This document shows, piece after piece, positions 51,011 through 63,190 of a stretch of DNA of 64,000 nt. Every line of letters starts with the position of its first letter. The first letter of the stretch is position 1. Source of the DNA: a virus; IMG/VR virus record IMGVR_UViG_3300010938_000009, positions 40,284-104,283 of that record; one strand, given 5' to 3'. The notes below the pieces were generated by a model that saw only the letters and a list, made by a program, of their open reading frames with translations, searched no databases and had not been told where the DNA came from. Position numbers and translations under genes: made by a program.

Positions 51011-54000
51011 ATGTCAGTTTGGACAACTAAATCTTTTGATAGAAATCGAGAGTATATAGTATTAAGACATACTTTAAGAGGCGTTAATTATATTATTAAC
51101 GGTATAAAGTTTAGAGATGGTTTTGCAGTAGTAGCTAAAAATAGTAAAGATTATTATAATTTAAAAAAGATACCAGTATTAAAAGGAGCACAAGAATTTC
51201 CATTAATTCATCTAAGGAAACTACCTTTTATCACTAGAACTTTAGATATTAAAACTATTTATGGTAGAGATGTTTATAGATACTATTTACAAGAACTAGA
51301 TAAAGAACTTAAAGTAGAGAAAGTAGAACGTATTAAACAAGAAATTGTAGAACATATACAAGAAAATAAGTTATGTTCTAGAAAAATAATTAAAGACGGA
51401 GAAGAGTATCTTTGTAGTTTGGAAGCTGAAGAAGTTAGTCCTAGCGGTTATTGTAAACGACATATACTATTAGACCCTAAATTACCAGAACTAGGTATAC
51501 AAGTACCTTTAGTTATTCCTAAACACGAAAGAAAAAAGTTTGCCGACAAAGTATTAAATAAATTAAAAGACCTAAAAAACGAAACGCAGGAATAAATTGA
51601 ATGGGTACTAAGTCTAATAGATCATCAGGAACTCAGTTTAATCCTAAAGGTATGACTCAAGGTAACACTTTAGTTGACCCTTTTACAGGGTTACCTATAC
51701 ACGTTATAACTGATAATGCTGGTATTAGACGTTTAGCTGTAGATGCTAATATTACTGCTCAAAATATTACAGTAGATGTTAATTTAGATTCTGATAACGA
51801 TCAAGTAGCTGTAGAAGACCCAGATACAGGCGCACATATTAAAGTAGAACTTGATGGTTCTATTAATACTAATGTAAATATTAATGCTGCTAGTGGGGAT
51901 AATATTGCCATAAAAGACACTGATGGCGATGAATTAGATATAAACCCTGACGGTAGTTTAAATGTAAAGCTCTTAAGAGCTAATACAGAAGCTATTACCG
52001 TTTTAAACTTACCGACTGCTGCTACCGAGGTAGCTTTTACATTTCCTAATAAAACTAAATTTTACAGAATTAGAGTTAGAAATGACGCTGACGAAGTTAG
52101 GTTAGGTTTAAATACAGGAGACATAGCAAGCGGAACGTATTGGACAATAAATCGAGGAACATACATAACTTCTGAAAAAGAAATAGATTTTGTAGACAAC
52201 TACACAATTTATTTTGAAAGTAAGAATAAGAATAATGTTGATTTAGAAATTCAATATTGGTACGTAAACTAATATTGAATAAAACGGAGGAAAACTAAAT
52301 GAAAATGAAATTAGTTTTTGATGTTACGGACGCTAATACAATCGCAGATAGTGATAGCGTTGGAGCATATTTACGATCAAGTGACGGCACTCTAATTGAC
52401 CATGCTAGTATTAATAGCGTTGATAGATTAGCAGTAGACGCAACTCTAAAAGACGGAGCTGGTACAGCTCTAACTAGCACTTTAATAGGTGGAGCGCAAG
52501 CTCTTGATGTTAATATCGTTGAAGGTATTAATGTAGAAGTAGATCTTAGCCATCTAGACGATTCAGTAAGATTAGGGGATGGTACAAATTTCTTTACCTC
52601 TACTACAATTGGAGCTGATATCGGTTTAGACGTTAATATTATTAACAGCCTAACTGTTAATGATGCAGCTCTAGCTAACACAGCTATTGCTAATGCAGCT
52701 AACACCTTAGATGTAGCTAATACTGCAGAAAATGTTGTAGCTTCTCCCTTAGCTAATAGAAAGTACCTATTTATTTATAATAATGGTAATAAAACTGCTT
52801 ATATCGGAGCTTCAGGAGTAAGCGCTGCTAACGGATTTCCTATGCCCCCTGGTTCTATGATAGAACTTAGAGCTGGTGACGCTTTGGATATTGAGTGGGT
52901 ATCTAATAACACTAGTCAAAATATTAGAACTTTAGAATTAAGTTAATTAAATTAGGGGAGCTTTATGCTCCCCTTTTTATTTCCGAGGAAGTATGAAACC
53001 TAATAGTTTTACCGATAAAGACAAAGAAAAGATAATTTCTTTTTTAAATATGATAGCAGAAAAAGGTGAGTTTAAATTTAAAGTAGAAGATAGTATAAAA
53101 TTCTACGGATTACTTTCTTATTTTCAAACTGAATTATTAAAAAAAGTAGACTCTCATATATTAGAAGTAAAAAATTATATAGAACCTAAACTTGAAGTTA
53201 AACCTATAACTAAGAAGAAATAAACTATGGCTTTTCTACCTTTAGATGGACCTTCTTTACAATCTGCTGTAAATGTTACAGATTCTGTAGTATTTAGAGT
53301 TAAAGTTGGTAGTTCAGAATTTGAAGAAAGAGACGTAGTTTCTATTCACCCTATAAATGGTAAAATATGGGTATTTTTCGGAGATAATATAACAGTACCT
53401 AGTGCTGCTGATGTTAAAAATAAAGGATTTCCTCAACCTAAAAATTCATTCAGAACTTATGAAGCTTCAGGTAGTCAAGAAATATATATAGTAGCTGATA
53501 CAGGTACAGTTAATGTAAGATTTGCGGAGAGAGGCTAATGAGTAGAAGAGATCTTCATAATCCTGTAGCAGAAGAAATTCCTTACGATGATCAAAATATC
53601 CCTACAAATTTAGGAGATAATACTCAAAAAGCTATTGATAATTTATATAATAAAGTAGCTACTTCTGCCAGTCCAGGATTTACTTGGGGAAGATCAGGGA
53701 CCGCCCCACCTAATACTTGGTTATTAAACGATTCAGTACCATCTAATACTTCAGGTAGAACGGTATTTTTAAATAATGCTGAAATACAAAATGTATTCGT
53801 AGCTAATCAAGATGCAACTTCAGGTATAATTTTAGGTGTTTATTCTCATGAAGGGAATGAAGTTAATTTAACTTTATTAGGAACGGTTACTACAATAGCT
53901 ACTAGGAGTAATACTTTTACTGTAGCTTTTCCAATAGCTGTAAATAAACAAATAGGTATAAAAATTATGCCAGGTTCAGCTTCTTCTAAAAATATAGTAG

Positions 54001-54412
54001 TAGGTATTTTAATTAGAGGAAGTAACTAATGCCTAAAATATTAAAAAATATAACAATTTCTGATATATCTATAAAAGATACAGGAATAACTATAGCAGCA
54101 GGGAGTCAATATATAATTCAACCTCAAGATTTTTGGTTATGGTCTTCTTCTGAAGACGTTGTAACAGAAATTATAGCTGGTAATATTATAGTTAATGACG
54201 GCGAAGATGATTTTACTAATAAAAGAGCTGCAATAGCATTAATTCAAGAAAATAAAGTAGTACTCAACGAACATTATACGTTAGTTCAGGATGATGACGT
54301 ATTGATAGGTAATGGGCAAATATTATTTTTAAATGATGAATTTGATACAACTGATAATGTTCCCGACTACTTAGACGAACAAATCGAAGATGACAATCCG
54401 ACGGAGAGCTAA
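51011..54412 (+). CDS. virion accessory/decoration-like ORFs (51011-51595, 51601-52272, 52299-52946, 52993-53223, 53227-53538, 53538-54029, 54029-54412)
   Basis: Beta-rich ORFs downstream of the MCP; 51601 and 52299 share RLAVDA and LDVN-type repeats. Confidence 0.55.
52954..52978 (+). terminator. intrinsic terminator
   Basis: AGGGGAGC/GCTCCCCT stem + T-tract. Confidence 0.85.
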
Positions 54413-54414
54413 AT

Positions 54415-55914
54415 ATGGCTAAACATATATTTAAAGGTTCAGGTGCTCCAACATTTGCACCAAGACAAGTAGGACATCATTACGTTGATTTAGTTAGTGG
54501 TGATCAATATTTATCAAAAGGTACTGCTACACCAACAGACTGGGTACTATTGACTCCTAGCATCGACGATAAAGTTAAGATTAGCGCAGCAGATACTACT
54601 TCAGGTTACTTAAATAGTGAACTTACTGTAGATAATGGAATAAATTCTACTAATCCTTTAGAAAAAAGTATTGTTAATCCTGGAGCAGATGAAAAATTAA
54701 ATATTAGACTAGATCAAACTAAATTAGCTATATTAGCTTCACAAGTTACAGATTTTAACGAAGCTGCTCAAGACGCTGTTGGTGGAATTTTAACTGATTC
54801 ATCCTCTGTTGATTTCACTTATAATGATAGTACAAATACTATAACTGCTTCTGTTCTTTATGGAACCCCTACAACTTTAATTCCCGATGGTGGAAACATT
54901 GCAGGAACAGCTAATACTGCAGCAAGAAGTGATCACACGCACGATGTGCCAACCGCAGTAGCTTCTACAAATAACGTAGATCAAGCTAACGCTGAAGGTA
55001 GTTCTGCTAGTTTTGCTAGAGCGGATCATATTCATAATATTCCTACAGCCACTCCTACAGATATAGGCTCAGATAACTATGCAGGCTCGGCTACCACTAC
55101 TGTTAAATCAGATCACGTACACAAAGGCGTACATTCCTTAGCTAAAACAACAGGAGATACTACTCAGCTTTTCGGAGACATAACCTTAGAAGAAGGTAGT
55201 GGAATAACTATTACTAGAAATAGTAATAAACTTACTTTCTCTACTCAAGCCTCAAGTGCAAAATCACAAGTAGCTTATGAAGATTTTCTATTTGATGCCT
55301 ACGCAGGTGGTGGTAGTAATGATAATCCATATTCATTTCAAACTACTTCTAACGCAGGATCTTCTGATATAGAAACTACCGCTACTGGTAATGATTACAT
55401 GGGAATGCACGTATTAAGTACTCTGGCTTCTGCTAGTTCTAGACCACTCTTAGAATCCTTCGGAGGATTTAATAAACTTATATTAGGCGGCTTAGATTTC
55501 AGTTATGAAATTCGAGTAAGAATGCCCACATTATCTGATGGAACCAATACTTATACTGTCAGATTTGGTTTGATGGATGGTATTGCTGCAGGTCAACCAG
55601 CTAATGGAGTTATTTTCTCTTATACTAACGGAACTAACTCTGGAAGATGGAGAGGAAGCACCATAGCTTCATCTACCGCTACTAATGTAGATAGTACTAT
55701 AACTGTAACAGCTAATACCTGGTACAGAGTTAAAATAATTGTTAATGCCGCAGGTTCCAATGTAGATTTCTACATTGATGATGTACTTATCGGATCAGCG
55801 ACTACAAATATTCCAACAGCAGCTTTAAGACTTGTAGCTAAAATAGAAAAGTCCGCAGGAACTACCGCAAGAACAGCGAATATTGATTATTTTGCTTGGA
55901 GTAGATCTAGATAA
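54415..55914 (+). CDS. fibre/spike-like virion protein with C-terminal lectin-like domain
   Basis: Three (A/V)(R/K)xDHxH repeats, Thr/Ser-rich; C-terminal ConA-like beta sandwich (NTWYRVKI..VDFYIDD). Confidence 0.65.
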   Translation: MAKHIFKGSGAPTFAPRQVGHHYVDLVSGDQYLSKGTATPTDWVLLTPSIDDKVKISAADTTSGYLNSELTVDNGINSTNPLEKSIVNPGADEKLNIRLDQTKLAILASQVTDFNEAAQDAVGGILTDSSSVDFTYNDSTNTITASVLYGTPTTLIPDGGNIAGTANTAARSDHTHDVPTAVASTNNVDQANAEGSSASFARADHIHNIPTATPTDIGSDNYAGSATTTVKSDHVHKGVHSLAKTTGDTTQLFGDITLEEGSGITITRNSNKLTFSTQASSAKSQVAYEDFLFDAYAGGGSNDNPYSFQTTSNAGSSDIETTATGNDYMGMHVLSTLASASSRPLLESFGGFNKLILGGLDFSYEIRVRMPTLSDGTNTYTVRFGLMDGIAAGQPANGVIFSYTNGTNSGRWRGSTIASSTATNVDSTITVTANTWYRVKIIVNAAGSNVDFYIDDVLIGSATTNIPTAALRLVAKIEKSAGTTARTANIDYFAWSRSR

Positions 55915-56447
55915 TGAACTTAGCAGTCAAATTCTTTAAAAATCTATCAGAAAAGCCTGAGGGCATTCCTGACAGTTGGCCAGCAGAGACAGTTGAATTA
56001 GGTGATTCGGAAGTATTGCCAGATGATTCAGGTGATTGGATTCTAATGACTTCAGAAGAATTAGAAGATTATAAAAACACTATTCAGGAAGAGTATAATA
56101 CATGGATAGTTTCTTATACAACTACTCAGCAACAATTGAAAACTCAAATGTATTTAGAATCAGTTATAGAAAAAGCTACTCTATTTGGCAACAAACTTAT
56201 TGAAGAAGCTTCTAATCGAAATATACAACTAGGAATCACACAAGCAGGAAAAACTGAAGCAGTTATGAATTTTTGTCACAAATTAATTCATTGTTTATTA
56301 GTAGGGTCTTTATATGCCGCTTTATCAGAATTAGACGCTCTTATCGCAGATACTAGCCAAACAAAAACAGATTTAGCACCTTTTATAACAAACGACATTC
56401 TAAATGACTTTAAAAACAAGATACTAAAGTATTTAGGACTAATATAA
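55914..56447 (+). CDS. putative fibre-associated/chaperone protein
   Basis: Coupled directly after the fibre gene. Confidence 0.45.
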   Translation: MNLAVKFFKNLSEKPEGIPDSWPAETVELGDSEVLPDDSGDWILMTSEELEDYKNTIQEEYNTWIVSYTTTQQQLKTQMYLESVIEKATLFGNKLIEEASNRNIQLGITQAGKTEAVMNFCHKLIHCLLVGSLYAALSELDALIADTSQTKTDLAPFITNDILNDFKNKILKYLGLI

Positions 56448-56926
56448 TGTATATAGGTTTTAGTTATAAAAAAAATAACCTTTTTTCTAGTATTATAGCA
56501 AAAACTACTAAATCTAACTATAGTCATTGTTTTATAATACTTAAACCTATAGGTACTGACTATCTTATAATAGAATCTAGTTTTGTAGGAGGAGTTAAGT
56601 TTAACTTACTTTCTAGCTATAAAGATACTAATAAATACGACTTAGCAATATATAGGCTACCTATTGAGGATGACAATGTAGATATTCTACTTCCTTATAT
56701 AGGGAAGAATTATGGTTATACTCAGATTTTAGGGTTTTTACTAGCTAAGTTATTAAAATTAAAAGAAAATCCTTTTACTAAAAATATAATATGTTCTGAA
56801 ATAGTACTATTAGCTTTACTAAATAGTAATTTATCAGTACTTTTTGAACAATTAGATCTTAATTATACATCACCTCAAGATATATTCGTTATAGCAGACA
56901 ATAATTTTGAAAAGGTTAACATTTAA
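56447..56926 (+). CDS. permuted papain-like (YiiX/YaeF-type NlpC/P60) protein
   Basis: YSHCFI (His) precedes YIGKNY and ICSEIV (Cys). Confidence 0.75.
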   Translation: MYIGFSYKKNNLFSSIIAKTTKSNYSHCFIILKPIGTDYLIIESSFVGGVKFNLLSSYKDTNKYDLAIYRLPIEDDNVDILLPYIGKNYGYTQILGFLLAKLLKLKENPFTKNIICSEIVLLALLNSNLSVLFEQLDLNYTSPQDIFVIADNNFEKVNI

Positions 56927-57260
56927 TATGGCTAAATATAACCCAAATCCTAATAACAAAGTGGTCCCTTTCAAACTCATAAAAGGACAAGGCCCCCACA
57001 AATATGAACGGCTAATATGGTTAAATATACTGTTAGTAATAGGTTTATACATTATAGTATTGACTAAATAGGAATAATTATGGAAAAACCACAAAATAAA
57101 CTTAAAAAGAAGAAAAAGTGTTGTTCTAAAGAATTAAACGAAAAGATAGAGCAAGCAGCAAAACTATTAGAAGAACTTAATAAAGATGCTCTACTTATAT
57201 TGAATGATACAAAAAATTTAGAATTAACCAAAACCGACAATTAAACCTATAGACATTTTT

Positions 57261-57503
57261 ATGGAAGATAAAGATTACTTACAAAGATTAGCTTCATTAG
57301 AAGCAAAAATGGAACTCATTAGAGAATTATTAAAAGAAATAAGAGATGACATAAAAAATCAACCAACTAGAGAAGAACTAAATGAAGTAGAAGATAGAGT
57401 AGATAGACTTGAAAAATCTCAAATAAGTCTAGTAATTAAAGTAGGAGTAACTTCAGGAATACTAGGAGCCTTAGCAGGTTACCTAGTCAAACTATTAGCC
57501 TAA
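57261..57503 (+). CDS. coiled coil + C-terminal TM protein (holin/XhlA-like)
   Basis: RLASLE coiled coil followed by a hydrophobic C-terminus. Confidence 0.5.
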   Translation: MEDKDYLQRLASLEAKMELIRELLKEIRDDIKNQPTREELNEVEDRVDRLEKSQISLVIKVGVTSGILGALAGYLVKLLA

Positions 57504-57512
57504 AGGAGAATT

Positions 57513-58268
57513 ATGGCAGTTATAAGTCCTATTGCAGGTACTAGAACAGAACCTGTAGACGGTTATACCTTTATTAAAGGTACTACTGCAGTATTTAAAG
57601 TTATTTTTACTAGTAATGGAGTACCTACAAAAGTAGATACTGGTACAGACCCTTTTATTAAAATATTTAAACCTGTATTTCTTAACCAAACTGGAATACC
57701 TAGTCCAGAAGTTATACATACAGCTATAGGTACATTAGTACCTGGACAAGAATTTGAATATCAATTTGAGTGGAGTATTCCAGCTAATACTACACCTTTA
57801 GACGATTATATCGTTAGTTATAATGGTATATTAGGCGGCGTTAGTTTAAACTTCGGAGACGAATATTTCGCCGTTTCTGAAGGACCTGGAATGATAGGTT
57901 TAAAAAGACCTGCATACGCTACTGTAAATGATATTAGGCAGATGAAATTTAATATAGACGATTACTTACCTCCTAGTACTAGAAACGATGTGACAGCTAG
58001 AAATAACTTAATTGAATACCACTTACAAAACGCTACAACCAAACTTAGAGAAGAATTGAATTTACATAAATCTAGAGGTATGAGTGAGAATTATAAATTA
58101 TTCTGTGTTTACTACACTATTTGGAGTATACTTTTAAGTTCTAAAGGAGAAGATGGAAGTTCTGTAAGCGAATCTAATCTTCTAACCTATAAAAATGAAT
58201 GGAATAATATTTTAGCACAATTAAAAAGGCAATCAGTTATGCAAGGAATTAATTTAGGGCGTTCATAA
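57513..58268 (+). CDS. putative head-tail adaptor with N-terminal Ig-like domain
   Basis: Beta-rich N-terminus, then YATVNDIR (gp6/gp15-like start). Confidence 0.55.
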   Translation: MAVISPIAGTRTEPVDGYTFIKGTTAVFKVIFTSNGVPTKVDTGTDPFIKIFKPVFLNQTGIPSPEVIHTAIGTLVPGQEFEYQFEWSIPANTTPLDDYIVSYNGILGGVSLNFGDEYFAVSEGPGMIGLKRPAYATVNDIRQMKFNIDDYLPPSTRNDVTARNNLIEYHLQNATTKLREELNLHKSRGMSENYKLFCVYYTIWSILLSSKGEDGSSVSESNLLTYKNEWNNILAQLKRQSVMQGINLGRS

Positions 58269-58292
58269 GTTCTTGAAATCATTGAGGATTTT

Positions 58293-59201
58293 ATGAAATT
58301 AGTTTGGACAGAAGATAAAATAAATTATTTGCAGAATAATTATAGTAATTTACCTGCAGAAGAATTAGCAGCGAATTTAAATACTACTGTTAATTCTGTT
58401 TATCAGAAAGCTTACAAATTAGGGCTAAAAGGTAGAGAAAACGGAAGTTGGAATAAAGATAAAATTAAGTGTTTGAATGAACAAGAAATAAATTTTATTA
58501 AAGAAAACTATACCAATTATGGAGCTAAGTACTGTGCTAATAAACTAAATAAAGTAACCTCTAGTATACAAAAAATAGCTAATAAATTAGGACTTAAAGT
58601 TAATATTTCTATTTCTACTAGAAATAATTTAGAATTTATGGAAAAACTTAGAAATAATACTTCTAAAATTTTACAAAAATATAACGAACAAAATAAAAAA
58701 ATTAAAACAGAAGAAGATAAACAAACAGTTTTAGAATTATATCAACAAGGAAAATCTGTAAAACAAATTGCTGAAATTTTTAAATGTTCAACAGGACCAA
58801 TTAGTAAAATCTTAAAAAATACGCCAAAAAGAAAACCTGGAGAGTATGAAAATCATTTCTCTAAAAAACAAGGTTTCGGAGAAACTCATCACACTTGGAA
58901 AGGCGGTTATAAATCTATTTATGAAAGAGTAAGAGACTTAAATAGATACTGGGAATGGCGTGATGCGGTTCTAAATAGAGATAACAACTGTTGTATAAAT
59001 TGTAAGTCTACAGATAAATTACACGCTCATCATATAGTTACTCTTAAAAACCTAATAGATACTTATTGTATTACTAACAATAAACTAGTTAAAGATTTGA
59101 ATAAAGAAGATCTAACTAATGACTATTTTTATGATATAAACAATGGCTCTACTCTATGTGAACCTTGCCATAAAGATTATCATAAAAAATTTGGTAGATA
59201 A
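58293..59201 (+). CDS. free-standing HNH homing endonuclease
   Basis: N-terminal HTH repeats, WKGG, WRDAVLNRD..CINC..LHAHHI...NGSTLCEPCHKDYH. Confidence 0.85.
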   Translation: MKLVWTEDKINYLQNNYSNLPAEELAANLNTTVNSVYQKAYKLGLKGRENGSWNKDKIKCLNEQEINFIKENYTNYGAKYCANKLNKVTSSIQKIANKLGLKVNISISTRNNLEFMEKLRNNTSKILQKYNEQNKKIKTEEDKQTVLELYQQGKSVKQIAEIFKCSTGPISKILKNTPKRKPGEYENHFSKKQGFGETHHTWKGGYKSIYERVRDLNRYWEWRDAVLNRDNNCCINCKSTDKLHAHHIVTLKNLIDTYCITNNKLVKDLNKEDLTNDYFYDINNGSTLCEPCHKDYHKKFGR

Positions 59202-60262
59202 TGTTTAAAATAGATATAAAAGAAGATATTAACGCTTTTTCCGATAGGCTTACTAAAGCTATAAAAAAAGATATTAAAGTTGATGTTATACAAAATGGTA
59301 TGGATAAACAACTTGATAAGTCTTTAAGTCAATTAAAAACTCAGTTACTAGATTATATAAATAAAGAAGTTAAAGAACAAAGTCAAATAGAAAATAAAGG
59401 TGTTACAAAAGATGAAATAGATGTGCCTAAGTCTGATGAAGATTTAATGAAACATTTATTTGGTATAGATATCTCTAAAATTAATAAACAAAAAGATTAT
59501 ACTACTTCAGTACAATCTAACGTATTTATGATTAAAGATGGTAGAATTAGGTTAAGACTTCCAGAAGGACCTGACGGAAATATGGAACAGTCTTACCAAA
59601 GAGCTTTAAGTCATTTTAGGAATGCTGTGTTTGTAGACACAACTTCTCCTCAACCTAAATACTTTTTAAATACTCAATTTGATCCTACTCCTTTTGTAAA
59701 GATAGTATGTTCTAGAGATGCCGGAGTAACTGATAAAGGTAAAAAAACTTACGATTCTTATCTTAACTCTAACAAAAGAACTAGACATAATGATAGCGAG
59801 TTAGGTAGGTTTTCTGAATGGACGATGTTTAAAGATGGAGTTGATAAATTAATAAGAGAATCTACTAATATTACTGATATACTAGAGAGCGTAAAAAACG
59901 GCGAATACGAAAGAGCTATAGAGAATTTTAAAAGATTAAATAGAACAGGATCTTCTCTTCAAGTTGAACAAAAACTAGAAGATTTAAAAGATAATAAAAA
60001 TTTAGCGCCTAATATAGAAGCTCATAGAAATTTAGTAACTTTAATTAAAAATTTAAAAATATCTAAAAGAATAGAAAAAGAACAAACAGTTTATAGCGTA
60101 GTTTCCTCTTTTAGCGAAGAAGGGGACGGCTTCGATAAGTTTTATGATGAGATTAAACAACGAATAAGTTTATGGGTTATAACTAATGACTCAGTTTGGT
60201 TTAAACATCTTATAAATGTTATCAAAGCTACTATAGAAAAAACACTTAAAGGTCTAAAATAA
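59201..60262 (+). CDS. hypothetical (neck region) protein
   Basis: 353-aa ORF in the head-tail joining position. Confidence 0.5.
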   Translation: MFKIDIKEDINAFSDRLTKAIKKDIKVDVIQNGMDKQLDKSLSQLKTQLLDYINKEVKEQSQIENKGVTKDEIDVPKSDEDLMKHLFGIDISKINKQKDYTTSVQSNVFMIKDGRIRLRLPEGPDGNMEQSYQRALSHFRNAVFVDTTSPQPKYFLNTQFDPTPFVKIVCSRDAGVTDKGKKTYDSYLNSNKRTRHNDSELGRFSEWTMFKDGVDKLIRESTNITDILESVKNGEYERAIENFKRLNRTGSSLQVEQKLEDLKDNKNLAPNIEAHRNLVTLIKNLKISKRIEKEQTVYSVVSSFSEEGDGFDKFYDEIKQRISLWVITNDSVWFKHLINVIKATIEKTLKGLK

Positions 60263-61713
60263 TGAGTAGACGTATATTTAGAGACGTAGAAGAAGCTCTA
60301 TCAAGAGAAGTAAGACGTATTACTTTTCATGAAAATAGAACTACAGATCATAAGGTATTAAAAGATACTTTTGATCCTTTTACAGGAGAAATAGTATCTC
60401 TACCTATAGAACCTAAGTTTTATGATAGTTCTGCTGACGCACATAATATACAATACCCACATTTCTTTATAAGATTACTTAAATCTAGAGAAGATAGAGA
60501 GTCTGGTAGAGTAGTACCTCAGTACGGCAAATGGATAGAAACTCCAGTTAAAACTTCTCCTAGAGCTTATGAAATAGTATTAGGAGGTTCTGACGGACTT
60601 ATTAATGCTATAGGTAATAAGTTTGAAACTAGTAATTTTCAAATTAGAAAAGCTGTGGCAGGACATTATCTAAGAATTTTAAGTGGTAATAATAAAGGTA
60701 CTTATATAATAGATTCAGTAGTTCCTAGTAGTGTAGGACCTCATTCTATTTTTGTAAGTAACACTTTAGTAGAAAATTTACCTACAAGTAGTTTTAATAC
60801 TACTACAAGAGATTTACAGTTTACTCAAGCTGTAGACTTGAATACAATAGTAATAGGCGATAATTTTATCGACGCTAGTAACGCTAGTTTTCCTATTACT
60901 GCAATTAATATAAACACAAACACAATTACTTTGGGCGGTATGGGATCGCCCGATTTAAGTGCTGGAGGAGAGCTGAACCGACCTGGTGATGTTTTCCCAA
61001 ACACAGATTTGAGCGTAGTTAGATATATTATTATGGACCCAAGTAAGCCTATAACGGCATTAACTGCTTGCGGCCCACAAGATGCATTTAGTTCTACCTC
61101 AAACGTAAGTCCACAAGTCCCATTAGATATATATTATCTTATTAGAATTGATTCTAAAGAGAGAGATACTCATATCGACATATTAAACAGAGTATGGGAA
61201 GAATTCAATCCTCCTCGTACTGGATTACCCATAATTAGAAGATCGGCGTTGAGCGCCGAAGAACTTCTAACTTCTGATGTATCATTGGGTGGCAGCTCAA
61301 CGATAAACGTAGGTAGTAATGCTAACTACGAAGTAGGAGATTCTGTTTTTATATTTGACGATTTAATGCCTAGCAAAAGTGCTGATGGCAAGTTTCAAAG
61401 ACCTTTTAAATCAAAGATAATAGATAAAATTTCTAATAATCAATTGGTATTAGACGACACAGTTCCCGATACATTTAAAATCGAGAACCGAGCTAAAATA
61501 GTAAGTAATGCAGACTTTGTATTATGGATGTTTCATTTTGTTGACCATGTAACTAAAGATATAGAAGGTGCTCAGTATTGGGTACATGAATTTACTTTTT
61601 GGGTACAAATATGGGTAGACAGATTAGAAGTACCATCAGTTTACGGAGTTATTACAGATATTGCTACTCCAATTGAAGATTTAGAAGGAAATGTAATTAT
61701 AGAGGACTGTTAA
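60262..61713 (+). CDS. putative tail completion/terminator protein with inserted beta domains
   Basis: YPHFFI..., YYLIRIDS..., HEFTFWVQIW; immediately before the sheath. Confidence 0.5.
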   Translation: MSRRIFRDVEEALSREVRRITFHENRTTDHKVLKDTFDPFTGEIVSLPIEPKFYDSSADAHNIQYPHFFIRLLKSREDRESGRVVPQYGKWIETPVKTSPRAYEIVLGGSDGLINAIGNKFETSNFQIRKAVAGHYLRILSGNNKGTYIIDSVVPSSVGPHSIFVSNTLVENLPTSSFNTTTRDLQFTQAVDLNTIVIGDNFIDASNASFPITAININTNTITLGGMGSPDLSAGGELNRPGDVFPNTDLSVVRYIIMDPSKPITALTACGPQDAFSSTSNVSPQVPLDIYYLIRIDSKERDTHIDILNRVWEEFNPPRTGLPIIRRSALSAEELLTSDVSLGGSSTINVGSNANYEVGDSVFIFDDLMPSKSADGKFQRPFKSKIIDKISNNQLVLDDTVPDTFKIENRAKIVSNADFVLWMFHFVDHVTKDIEGAQYWVHEFTFWVQIWVDRLEVPSVYGVITDIATPIEDLEGNVIIEDC

Positions 61714-61730
61714 AAAACGGAGAATAATAA

Positions 61731-63176
61731 ATGGCACTATTAAACACAAATAGCGGTCCAGAAAGGGTTCAAGTATTTGATGTACCTATTGGTACAGTTC
61801 AAGTTCCTGGAGTTCCTACTTCTGTGACCGCATTCATAATTAGCACATCACAAACTGGTGCACCAGAGAATCTTCCTGTTAAAGTTACAGATTTAACAGC
61901 TTTTGAAGATTTATTTGGAGGCCCAGATGAAGTTGCTTACGAAGCGTATTACGCTATACAAGGTTTCTTTGATAACGGAGGAACTGGAAATACGGCTATA
62001 ATCGTTAACGTAGGTGATAACGCTACTGCTTCAGACTTTATTGGTAATGCTTCTGCTGGAACAGGATTAAGAGCATTAGATGCTGAAGATATCCTAGGAT
62101 TAGTTACTATTCCTGGATTACCTTTATCTATGGCTTACTTAGTTCACCCTGCATTAGTAGATTACACTGAAACAGTTAGAGCTGAATTTGGAGCAACACT
62201 TTCAACCTCTTACTCTTTACTAGCTATTCCAAGAGAAATTAAAAAAGCTAATAAAGACGTACTACAATTAGGACCTTTAACTATTAATAGTATATCATCT
62301 TTAGTTTTAACTTTAGATGGAACCCCGAATTTATCGGCTATTACACCTGGAATGATAGTTAGAGATAGTAGTAATGCTTTTATAGGCACTATTACAAATG
62401 TTAATGATGGAGCAGATCAAATTACTTTGACTTCTGTTGGAGCATTAGCACCTTTAGACCAAATTAATATTTATATGCCTTCTGCAGTTAACTATAAGGA
62501 TTTGGTTATTAATCAACCTTCTAGAGTAGCTGCTTGGTATTTTAATAACCCTTTAGTACTTGATAGAAGTACTGGAGCAAATCCTGGAGATCTTATCGCA
62601 GTTGATTCTACAGGACACGTAGCTGGAGTTATGGCTAGAATTGACGCTAATATTTCTATTGGCGGCCCTTCTCATGCTCCTGCTGGAATTCAGTTTGCTG
62701 GTTTAGCTGGAATTAACGGTTTAGAATTGTCAATTTCTGAAAGAATTGATGCTGAATCTTTAAGATTAGCTTTTATTAATCGTATTACTTCGTTCCCTGG
62801 ATCAGGTAATATTATTTTTGGAGGTTATTCTGCTGGTGGTAACTCTGTAACTGCAGACGAACAGTTAATTCAAGTAATGAGAGCATTACAATTCATTAAA
62901 GGTTCTTTAGAAAGAGGTTTACGAAGTTTCTTATGGGAGAATTTCTCTCCAGAAACTCAAGCTCAAGTACAAAGAGCTATTGAAGCTTTTTTGCGAAACA
63001 ATATTCATTTATTTCCTGCTGGATTACCTGAAAATCAACAATTCAGAGTTATAAGTGTAGAACCTACCCAAAATGATTTGGACCAAGGTTTATTAAAAGT
63101 TAGAATTCAAGTTAAACCAAATAAAGCTGTTCGCTTTATTGAAGTAGCTCTTGAGTTCCCATTACCTACTGCGTAA
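61731..63176 (+). CDS. contractile tail sheath protein
   Basis: TSVTAFI, FEDLFG, FFDNGG, HAPAG, FLWENFS, KPNKAVRFIEV. Confidence 0.9.
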   Translation: MALLNTNSGPERVQVFDVPIGTVQVPGVPTSVTAFIISTSQTGAPENLPVKVTDLTAFEDLFGGPDEVAYEAYYAIQGFFDNGGTGNTAIIVNVGDNATASDFIGNASAGTGLRALDAEDILGLVTIPGLPLSMAYLVHPALVDYTETVRAEFGATLSTSYSLLAIPREIKKANKDVLQLGPLTINSISSLVLTLDGTPNLSAITPGMIVRDSSNAFIGTITNVNDGADQITLTSVGALAPLDQINIYMPSAVNYKDLVINQPSRVAAWYFNNPLVLDRSTGANPGDLIAVDSTGHVAGVMARIDANISIGGPSHAPAGIQFAGLAGINGLELSISERIDAESLRLAFINRITSFPGSGNIIFGGYSAGGNSVTADEQLIQVMRALQFIKGSLERGLRSFLWENFSPETQAQVQRAIEAFLRNNIHLFPAGLPENQQFRVISVEPTQNDLDQGLLKVRIQVKPNKAVRFIEVALEFPLPTA

Positions 63177-63190
63177 AGGAGTAATATAAT

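Noticed and set aside
685-57719. Antisense ORFs in the track (e.g. 685-873, 1843-2106, 4113-4331, 25108-25398, 47359-47733, 48586-49176, 52295-52705)
   Set aside because: They lie opposite well-supported genes, lack SDs and have shadow-like composition.
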